Shown here piece by piece: positions 35,603 through 43,331 of a stretch of DNA of 64,000 nt. Both the position numbers and the translations under genes were made by a program. Position 1 is the first letter of the stretch. Every line of letters starts with the position of its first letter. The notes under the pieces were generated by a model, which did not search any database, was not told the DNA's origin, and worked only from the letters and a program-made list of their open reading frames with translations. The stretch spans positions 4,382 through 68,381 of the forward strand of contig JAWLBL010000005.1 of NCBI GenBank assembly GCA_041687695.1, read 5' to 3'. This DNA is from Myxococcota bacterium. Its GTDB lineage: Bacteria; Myxococcota_A; UBA9042; PHBI01; JAWLBL01.

Positions 35603-37061
35603 CGCCTTGACTCCGCGCCGGTAGCCGCTTGTGCTCGAGGCCGGCGAGCCAGGGGTAGTCCGCCAGGAGGTCTGCCCAGATCTCCGCGGCCAGGGCCTTG
35701 CGGGCCGGGAGGATGAGCCATCGGGCGTGGTCGCGGCCGTGAAGCGCAACGGTCCGCGCCAGGTGCTCGCGGAGCTCGGAGCGGACGTCACGCCCCAGGC
35801 GGGCGTCGAAGCCGAGGCGTCGGCCGTGATAGAGCGGATTGTACGAGTCGGCGTCGGCGAGGCGGCAGGAGCTCAGGTAGGCGTCGGCGATCTGCCGGTC
35901 GAGGGTTTCGTCCGGGGCCGTCCGCGAGCGCTCGAGATTGAACCCGAGGTACTGCCATGCGTAGGCGTCCTCGGCATCGAACCTGGAGACGATCGTCGCG
36001 TACACCGCGGCGGCCTCACGGTAGAGCGCCGGCCGCCGGGCAGCGTGCGCGCGGTGACTGAGTTGGGCGGCGATGACGCGGAGGTCACTTGCGTAAAAGC
36101 GTGCAGTATCGAGCGCTAGCTGGAGGCTCCCGCCGAGGATGGCCTGTCGGTGGGCTTCGAGCGCGGCCTCGGGATCGCGGTTGGATTGTAGAGTGCGCGC
36201 CAGCTCGGAGCGCAGGAGTTGCGTCTCATCGCGGGCGACCAGGGCCTGCCTTCGTGCCAGCCGGTCGCGGAGGGGAGCGGCGATGGCCACGGTGCCGTTG
36301 CCGAGCTGCGTGAGTGCTCCCGACCTTCGGAGCAGGTTGATGGCGGCGCTGGAGAGTCGCCGGAGGCCGTCCTCGCCGGGTCCGAAAGGGCCGATGACGC
36401 CATTGATGGGATGTGCCTCGCGCAGGAGGGCCAAGCGGCGTAGCGAGGTGCGGGTCTCGGGATCCAGGAGATCCTCGTAGGCCGCGACGAGGGCGTCGTC
36501 GGGATCGTCTGCGCTACTGAGGAGCCTATGGAGGTGGTTGGCCTCGGCTCGTCCTTCGGCGACCATCCAACGCGCGAGGGGCCACAGTGCTGGGGCGACG
36601 TCGGGGAGCTCGGCAGAGGCGACGTGTTCGGTCGCGGTCGCGATGCGCCGGGCGTCCATGGCCTCGGTCACTTCAGGGCGGGGAGCGGACCTGACGAAGG
36701 TCCAGCCGTGCTCGGCGCCGAAGTCGAGAACGCTGGAGAAGAACTGGGCGCGTTCGCGCTGATTGGTCGCGTCGTCGAAGACGGCCTGTCCGGTGGGCGG
36801 AGACAGGTAAGCGGCGTCGGGATCGATGAGCGCAAGCGGAGCGTTGCCGCGCGTGCGAAGGGACTCGAAGGCGGCGGCGGCGCGCGCACGCCAGGGGGTG
36901 GCAGGATCGACAGCCTCGTCGCGCGCTTCGCCTGGGGCTCCCGCGTGGAGGGCCAGCAGAACGGAGAGGCGCAGGTGCGCGTCGTTCCCGTCACGGACCA
37001 GGACGGCGGGGACATCGGGGGGGACATCGACGCGGTCGGTGATTTGGGCGCGGCCGGTCAT
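35586..37061 (-). CDS. Hypothetical protein (491 aa) with C-terminal TPR-like helices
   Basis: ATG at 37061; 'DAYAWQYLGFNL' TPR-like segment; overlaps the MBL gene. Confidence 0.65.
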   Translation of the reverse strand: MTGRAQITDRVDVPPDVPAVLVRDGNDAHLRLSVLLALHAGAPGEARDEAVDPATPWRARAAAAFESLRTRGNAPLALIDPDAAYLSPPTGQAVFDDATNQRERAQFFSSVLDFGAEHGWTFVRSAPRPEVTEAMDARRIATATEHVASAELPDVAPALWPLARWMVAEGRAEANHLHRLLSSADDPDDALVAAYEDLLDPETRTSLRRLALLREAHPINGVIGPFGPGEDGLRRLSSAAINLLRRSGALTQLGNGTVAIAAPLRDRLARRQALVARDETQLLRSELARTLQSNRDPEAALEAHRQAILGGSLQLALDTARFYASDLRVIAAQLSHRAHAARRPALYREAAAVYATIVSRFDAEDAYAWQYLGFNLERSRTAPDETLDRQIADAYLSSCRLADADSYNPLYHGRRLGFDARLGRDVRSELREHLARTVALHGRDHARWLILPARKALAAEIWADLLADYPWLAGLEHKRLPARSQGDGLEV

Positions 37062-37117
37062 GGCCGGACCATAGCGCCATGGGAGGTGGGGCTCAATGGG
37101 TAGCGACGGTGGGCTGG

Positions 37118-37465
37118 GGGCGCGGGGGGGATGCGGCCGGCGGCGGGGTGGACGTTGATGCCGATGTTGTAGCCGTCGGGGGCGTGGGAGGCGTCGAGGG
37201 AGCGCTTGACGTCGCCAATGAGGGCGAAGAGGGCGCGCTGCTCGTCGGGGGTGGCGTCGAACCAGGTGGGGACGAGGCGCTGGGGGATGACCAGGGTGTG
37301 GCCGGGGGAGACCGGGAAGCCGTCGCGGAGGGCGAAGGCGAGGTCGTTCTCGGCGACGCGGCCTTCGGCCGGGCGGTCGAGGAAGACGGAGGAGGTGGGC
37401 GGCGGGGTGGAGGGGGTCGGCGTCGTCATGGGGGCGAGGATGGACCAGCGGGGGGCGGGGGGCAA
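37118..37465 (-). pseudogene. HIT copy 3 with internal deletion removing the histidine triad
   Basis: 37136-37465 matches 31575-31904; 37118-37140 resembles the HIT 3' end, joined at GGCCGG. Confidence 0.88.
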
Positions 37466-37495
37466 TGGGGCGAGGGCTGGTCCTTTCGGACGCGC

Positions 37496-38476
37496 TCAAG
37501 CTGCGAAGGGGAGACTGTTCGCGACGTCGCACTCTGCCGAGTCCAGAGAGGTGGGGGCCTGGGTTGGCGTCCCTCCGAGCCACGCGAATGGAAGAGGATG
37601 CGTGGCGCCGCTTCGGATGGCTTCACGGAACTCCAGAGCGGCCCGAGGCGGCTGGCCAAGGGCGACGTAGGCGATGCCCCTGAGGAGATGAGGCTCGAAG
37701 CGCTCCGGAGCCATGCGTTGGGCTCGCTCGAGCCACTCGAGCGCACAGTCCAGGTTCCCCATCCGCCGGTAGATGATCGCCAACTCGAGCGAGGCACCAA
37801 AGCTGATGGCCGCGACTGGGCTGTCGTCGTGCGATGCCAGAGCTCGCTCCAGGACGGCTGCTGCCTGCTCGAAGAGGTCGGTCTGTTCGCGGCCAGGCGG
37901 CAGCTCGATGGCCCGTCGGAAGAGCACGTCAGCAGCGCGCATCGTCAGGCGCGGATTCGCGTGCGGGTTGGCAAGGATTCCCTGGGCGCGCTGGACGGCT
38001 TCTTCGGTTCGGTTGGCGCGAACCAGGTAGTCCAGACCAACGATGACGTAAGTGGGTCGAGCGGTGGTCATGCGCGCCGCATGATCGATGAACTCGATCG
38101 CCGCGTCGTACAGCCCCAACCCGGCCCATGCGCGCGCACGGCAGTAGGCTCGAATGTCTTCGTCGACGACATGCTGCAGGCGGCGAGCAATCTCGAGGAC
38201 CTGGCGCCAATCCCCCTGCCGCAGCGCCTCCGCCAGCATTGGAGGGTTGGCAGGCTCCGCATGTTCTGGGTTGTTCGTCTCATCGCCAGTCAGCGAGTAC
38301 AAGTCCGCGGAGAGGCCATGGACGATTGGGAGGTCGTCGGGTGACAGTTGATCCCAGGTCTCGTGCATGGCATCGCGCAAGGCATCCGCCTCATCCGTAT
38401 CGCCAAGCCCCTCACGGATGAGTCGATGCAGTTCGAGAGTCTGCTTGATGTGTTGGAAGAGTGGGCTCACTTCCAT
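37496..38476 (-). CDS. TPR-repeat protein
   Basis: Several TPR-like helical pairs (e.g. 'ELAIIYRRMGNLDCALEWLERAQRMAP'). Confidence 0.8.
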   Translation of the reverse strand: MEVSPLFQHIKQTLELHRLIREGLGDTDEADALRDAMHETWDQLSPDDLPIVHGLSADLYSLTGDETNNPEHAEPANPPMLAEALRQGDWRQVLEIARRLQHVVDEDIRAYCRARAWAGLGLYDAAIEFIDHAARMTTARPTYVIVGLDYLVRANRTEEAVQRAQGILANPHANPRLTMRAADVLFRRAIELPPGREQTDLFEQAAAVLERALASHDDSPVAAISFGASLELAIIYRRMGNLDCALEWLERAQRMAPERFEPHLLRGIAYVALGQPPRAALEFREAIRSGATHPLPFAWLGGTPTQAPTSLDSAECDVANSLPFAA

Positions 38477-38482
38477 CCCTCC

Positions 38483-38905
38483 TCATGGTCCTTGCTCATC
38501 GATGAACCAGTCGGCACGCGTTCCCGCGAGCGCACGTTCATAGTCGCTGAGTTGCATTGGCACGACGGGCCCGACAACGCCATGACCTGGTCTGTCGACA
38601 CAAAGCAACAAGCTTGAAGTGAGTGGTCCTGATTCCCACACGCTGTCCCTGAGACGCCATACGTGTGTGCGGTCGTTGCCCGTGGCGCCCGGAACCAAGT
38701 GACGCAGTCGTCGCGGGACGGCAAACGGTGGAAGGTCGCGAAGCGTAGGAGCTACCGACATTCCACGACAGGGCTCCGTGGGCTGAACCGCGCCGGTGGC
38801 GTCGGGGCTGATGTCCTTCGGGACGCGAACGCCCAACTTGTCGGCTCCGCGTCCCACGAGAGGGCCGCCTCCGTCACGCCGCATCCCACGCAGGACCCGC
38901 GACAT
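38483..38905 (-). CDS. Tse2-like ADP-ribosyltransferase-fold toxin
   Basis: 'LRGM...LGVRVPKDI...GMSVAP...HGVVGP..PM.LSDYERAL..TR..W' shows the R/S/H pattern of Tse2-family ARTs. Confidence 0.65.
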   Translation of the reverse strand: MSRVLRGMRRDGGGPLVGRGADKLGVRVPKDISPDATGAVQPTEPCRGMSVAPTLRDLPPFAVPRRLRHLVPGATGNDRTHVWRLRDSVWESGPLTSSLLLCVDRPGHGVVGPVVPMQLSDYERALAGTRADWFIDEQGP

Positions 38906-39004
38906 ACGATACCTCCTCGCGGCTTACGCCCGGAGCCTAACACCTGCGGCCGCCCGAGGCGACAACCTTGCGGTCATGAGCCACGGGACGGTCGTGAGGG
39001 GGCT

Positions 39005-39336
39005 TCGATGACCTTCTCGGCGAGCTGGCGGGTGGTGAGGACGTCGGGGGGCGCGCCGGTGCGGGTGGTGCCCTCGAGGCCGAGGTCGATGAGGGCGAAG
39101 AGGCCGCGCTGCTCGTCGGGGGTGGCGTCGAACCAGGTGGGGACGAGGCGCTTGGGGATGACGAGGGTGTGGCCGGGGCTGACCGGGAAGCCGTCGCGGA
39201 GGGCGAAGGCGAGGTCGTTCTCGGCGACGCGGTCGGAGGCCGGGCGGTCGAGGAAGACGGAGGTCGCGGGCGGCGGGGTGGAGGAGGTCGGCGTCGTCAT
39301 GGGGGCGAGGATGGACCAGCGGGGGGCGGGGGGCAA
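39005..39336 (-). pseudogene. HIT copy 4 (5' half) fused to a fragment of the neighbouring HNH gene
   Basis: 39090-39336 matches HIT; 39005-39094 matches 31229-31318 (HNH N-terminus). Confidence 0.9.
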
Positions 39337-39364
39337 TGGGGTGGTGAGCCGGCGAGAGCCGGTG

Positions 39365-40126
39365 CTACGCCGGACGACGGCGCGGTGGCGGGGCCGTCAC
39401 GGACCTGAGGTCCGCGGTGAGGTCACGAAGGTCCTGAGGCAGGTAACCTTGCTGGTCGATGTTGGCGCGCTCGTCGGCATTCAACGCTGGGGCGAGGGCG
39501 GCTTTCTCGACGCGCCAAGAGGCGTAGCGTGGATGGGCTGTCAGGAACCGAGCGATGTGCGAGTCGAAGTGAGCCAGGTGCGAGAGCAAGCGGCCGGATG
39601 AACGCTTGCACGTACCGAAACGGATGATCTGCGAGTCCTCGTCGAGCGCCACCAGATCGATCTCGGTATCGCTGCGGTCCCAGTAGCCCTGGATGCGGTG
39701 CGTCAGGGAGAAGTCACCTATGCCTTTGCGGGCGCGCTCCTCGTAGAGCTGGGCCACAAGACGTTCAAATCCGTATCCTTCGGAGCTCGCGAGTCGTTCG
39801 TCGGCCATGTCGACGAGGATCTCCTCGGGGCGGAAGTTGAGCGCCGACACCGGGCTGGAGAGTGCGTCGAGCCATGCTCGGAGAAAGTTGTCCCTGATGT
39901 AGTAGCGGCTGCGGCGGGCGCGCGGCGCGGCAAAGATGGGGAGGCGCTTTTCCACCATCCGGTACTTCTCGAGGAGGATCTTGAGGTAGCCCCCTACCTG
40001 CTCGGCGGTCTCGGGGCTGACTGCGCGAACGTGGGCCTCGACGTCGCCGTGGGTGCATCCTGGATGGCGGGCCACGAACTTCAGGACGACGTCATAGTCA
40101 TCGTTCGCTCCGCGATGCCGACCCAA
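39365..40126 (-). pseudogene. C-terminal fragment of archaeal-type ATPase/DUF234 protein (N-terminal ATPase missing)
   Basis: 'YYIRDNFLRAW' and 'GYWDRSDTEIDLVALD...FGTCKR'. No Walker A and no good start. Confidence 0.7.
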
Positions 40127-40206
40127 CTTAAGAAGTTTTCAGTTAGCGGGCGGACGGGCGCAAGAGCTTGATTCGATGCGGGGAATCGTGCTGACGGAGT
40201 GGCGGC

Positions 40207-40325
40207 CCGGGGGAGATGGGGAAGCCGTCGCGGAGGGCGAAGGCGAGGTCGTTCTCGGCGACGCGGCCTTTGGCCGGGCGGTCGAGGAAGACGGAGGACG
40301 GGGGCGGCGGGGTGGAGGGGGGCAT
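40207..40325 (-). pseudogene. HIT copy 5 (short 5' fragment)
   Basis: Encodes SVFLDRPAKGRVAENDLAFALRDGFPISPG. Confidence 0.85.
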
Positions 40326-40331
40326 GGCGGC

Positions 40332-40943
40332 TCAGCGGGCGGTGGAGGAGGACCGGCCGCGGGAGAGGAGGTCGTCGTTCACCTGGGGCCAGGGCGCGGG
40401 GTCCCAGTTCTCGATGACCTGGGAGAGGACCCAGTCGAGGGCCTCGGCTGGGGTGAGGGCCGGGAGAGGGACGCGAACCTTGGGAGGCGTGTCGAGGTCG
40501 GGTCCGACGTGGCCGTGGAGGGCGGCGTGTCCGCAGGCGCCGCTGCCCTGCTGGTCGGCCGTGTTCGTGTCCGGGTCGCGGCCCGCGTCGGGGAGGTGAA
40601 CGGCCACGGTCCAGGGAGAGTCGTCGTGGCGGCGGCCCTCGAGCATGATGTTCAGCTGGTAGAGGTGGCCGCGGCGGAGATCGAGCTGGACGAGGACGCT
40701 GAGTCTGGCTTGCGGGAGGTGCGGGAGGCCGCGAAGGGGCTCGGTGCGATCCGGACGTCCGGCGATGTAGTACGAGTGACGATTGCCCGTACCGCGCTCG
40801 TGCGTGAAGCGGCCGCGGATGTTCGTGTCGCAATGCCCGCGCTCGGCAAGGTTCATGAGGCGCTGTCGGATTTGTCCGGTCACTTCGCGCGAAACGGAGC
40901 GGATGGAGCGATGCTCCAGGTAGAGGTCGACCCAGCGCTTCAT
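40332..40943 (-). CDS. Hypothetical protein (203 aa)
   Basis: ATGA overlap with the upstream gene; 'CGHAALHGHVG' His cluster. Confidence 0.65.
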   Translation of the reverse strand: MKRWVDLYLEHRSIRSVSREVTGQIRQRLMNLAERGHCDTNIRGRFTHERGTGNRHSYYIAGRPDRTEPLRGLPHLPQARLSVLVQLDLRRGHLYQLNIMLEGRRHDDSPWTVAVHLPDAGRDPDTNTADQQGSGACGHAALHGHVGPDLDTPPKVRVPLPALTPAEALDWVLSQVIENWDPAPWPQVNDDLLSRGRSSSTAR

Positions 40944-41482
40944 GAGCGCTCCAGGAGGATGGCCCTGTAGGCGATGGCAAAGTTCTCGGCCGTGTGTGGG
41001 ACCTGGTCGGCTCTCCACGAGGCGAGCCACTGTTCGGGGGACAGATGATAGCGGGCCTCGAACTCGGCGCGCTCGTGCTCGACGTCCAGGGTCGCCTGGT
41101 GCTCGGGGTCGGACTCGCTGCCGGCGAGCCAGCTCGAGAGGCTCGGGGCCTCTTCATTGAGCGCACGCCAGCCGTCGCCCTTGCGGAGGAGGAAGAGGAC
41201 GAGGGGGCCTGCTCGGTCGACCTGCAGGAGCTGGTCTCGGCGGCCGTCGAGCTCGAGGACGGCCGCTCTCTCGTCCGTTGGAACGAGGAGCGCCGTGGAC
41301 TCGTGAGCGGCGATGGCGTCCGAGACGGTGCTGACGACGCAGGGAGGCGCGTCGGGGGACGCGAGGCTGGCGACCTCGTCGACCAGCCAGTCTCGGAGCG
41401 CGAAGTCGGGGAACCAGACGAGCGCCACGCCGCCTGCGTCACGCTCGAGGGCGTTGACCAGGTTGGCGACGGGATCGGTCAT
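40940..41482 (-). CDS. Hypothetical protein (180 aa), ATPase partner
   Basis: Coupled by ATGA overlaps on both sides. Confidence 0.7.
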   Translation of the reverse strand: MTDPVANLVNALERDAGGVALVWFPDFALRDWLVDEVASLASPDAPPCVVSTVSDAIAAHESTALLVPTDERAAVLELDGRRDQLLQVDRAGPLVLFLLRKGDGWRALNEEAPSLSSWLAGSESDPEHQATLDVEHERAEFEARYHLSPEQWLASWRADQVPHTAENFAIAYRAILLERS

Positions 41483-42720
41483 GGCGCGGCCTGCGGCTCG
41501 GGCGTGAGGAGCGGGCGCACGAGGGGGTGGGGTCGCATCACCGTGCGGCCCTTCTCCGTGCGTTCGAGCAGGATGGCGTGGGCGAGTAGGCGGACCTTGC
41601 GGGCGAGGTCCATCTCGCGGCCATCGGTGCCGTCGACCAGGCGGAGGGCTTCGGTGTCGCCTGGGAGGAGCGCGCGGAGGAAGCTGGCCTCCATGTCGCG
41701 CCCGGCTTCTTGGAGGTGGGGTTGAACGACCGGCCAGTCGGTGCCCCAGGTCTGGCGCGCATAGGTGCCGGCGTCGGCGACGAGCTGGAGGAACATGCGG
41801 GGGAGGCCGCCGCTGAGCTCGGCGGCGTGGCGGAGCAGGGCATGAAACTCGGCAGGAATGGAATGGTCAGCTGCCAGGAACGACAATATGTTGTCGTCGA
41901 GGCCGTCGGCGGCAAGAGAATGCGCCCTCAGTCCGAGCCGAGCTTCGAGGATCCTGACCAAAAACCCTCGCCCCTCGAAGTCGCCTTCGGCCTCGACCGG
42001 CACGGCCTGCATGACAACGAGCTTCTCTCCGGGCCGCATGACGTCTTCGGCAAGGGGACCGTAGACGGCTTGCCAGGGGACGACGGCGACCAGGTCCACG
42101 CTCTCGGAGAGCGCGCCGAAGGCCTGGAGGACGGCCTTTGCGCCCTCGCCTGCCTTCTCCAGACCGTCGATGAGCAGTGTCACTCGGCGCTGGCGTGAAG
42201 CGTTCGCGACCTCGTCCACGATGGAGCGCAGGAGGACGGCTTCGGAGGCGCGTACGGCTTCGGCTTCCGCCGTCTCCGAGTGGGTCTGCGGCAAGACGCC
42301 GCTTTGCACCAATGCGGCTCGAAGGGGCGCGGAGATGGGGAGATGGAGTGCGTCGCGTGCGAGCTCTGCGAGGCGTCCTGCGGCACGCAGCTGGGCCCGC
42401 TCGGGCGTGAGCTCGCGCATGTTCTCGAAGCGGTCGAGTTGAACCAGGCAGGCGACTCGCTCGCGCTGGAGGAGCTTGGCCGCGTGCGCCAGCTCGGTGC
42501 TCTTTCCGACACCGACGGGGCCCCCGACCAACACCGTAGCCACACCGGAGACGACCGTATCGGCGAGCCGCCGCGCGACCTCGTTGGGAGGTGGCGCATA
42601 GCGAGCGTCGTCGACCCCGAGCGGTCGGTGGGGCGTCAGGCTTCGCCAGTCCGGCTGCATGGAGACCTCTTGCACGTCCGACTCGCCGGGAACCTTAGCG
42701 CCGAGCGGGCGCGGTGTCAT
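41479..42720 (-). CDS. P-loop ATPase (STAND/AAA-like; start may be 42660)
   Basis: GPVGVGKST Walker A, LLIDGLEK Walker B, 'SGGLPR' and C-terminal 'HPLV'. Confidence 0.8.
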   Translation of the reverse strand: MTPRPLGAKVPGESDVQEVSMQPDWRSLTPHRPLGVDDARYAPPPNEVARRLADTVVSGVATVLVGGPVGVGKSTELAHAAKLLQRERVACLVQLDRFENMRELTPERAQLRAAGRLAELARDALHLPISAPLRAALVQSGVLPQTHSETAEAEAVRASEAVLLRSIVDEVANASRQRRVTLLIDGLEKAGEGAKAVLQAFGALSESVDLVAVVPWQAVYGPLAEDVMRPGEKLVVMQAVPVEAEGDFEGRGFLVRILEARLGLRAHSLAADGLDDNILSFLAADHSIPAEFHALLRHAAELSGGLPRMFLQLVADAGTYARQTWGTDWPVVQPHLQEAGRDMEASFLRALLPGDTEALRLVDGTDGREMDLARKVRLLAHAILLERTEKGRTVMRPHPLVRPLLTPEPQAAP

Positions 42721-42800
42721 GTCGGATGCGGCCCAAGGTAGGGGGAGACGGAGCCGGCTCGGGGCTCATGGCGTGCGGTGGACTCGCTCGTCTGCTTGGG

Positions 42801-42918
42801 CTCGGCGACGCGGCCGGAGGTCGGGCGGTCGAGGAAGACGGCAGGACGCGGGCGGCGGGGTGGAGAAGGTCGTCGGCAAGGGGGGAGGATGGATCAGGGG
42901 GGCGCGGGGGCGATGGGG
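42801..42918 (-). pseudogene. HIT copy 6 (most degenerate 5' fragment plus promoter region)
   Basis: CTCGGCGACGCGG..GGCGGTCGAGGAAGACG..GAGGATGGA.CAGGGGGGCGCGGGGG matches 31788-31904 with many substitutions. Confidence 0.8.
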
Positions 42919-43331
42919 TGAGGGGGCGATGCAGGGCAAGCGCAAAGTCTCAGGTGGCTCGCCACGCCTTGCATTGGGCGCGGCTAGCCGCGCTCGGCCG
43001 GAGCACGAGCGAGCTCGCGCAGTCCGATCGACGGCCTCCGGGGTGGATTCGGGGCGGCGAGCCTCGACGGCCCGGCGTAGCTCGCCGAGGCTCGTGGGGC
43101 GCGGAGTTCGCTGCGCACGACGCTGGAGGGACTTTGCGATGAGCTGGAGGGCGATGAGGGCCAGCGCGTGGCCATGGCGGACAACCTGGAGTCAGTGGCG
43201 GATTCGGCGCAGCAAGCTGCGCCGCGCCGGGGCTCCACCAAGGTGGAGCACTCCGGGGGGCGCTTGCGCGGGGCTCGGTGGCCGAAGCGGCTCGTGCGTC
43301 GCGGGAGACGCGCTCATCGGACGGGGCCGGG

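Noticed and set aside
31425..42918. Classical integron or IS-mediated composite array
   Set aside because: No tyrosine or serine recombinase, transposase, attC-like palindromes or terminal inverted repeats were found; the repeats are gene-derived.
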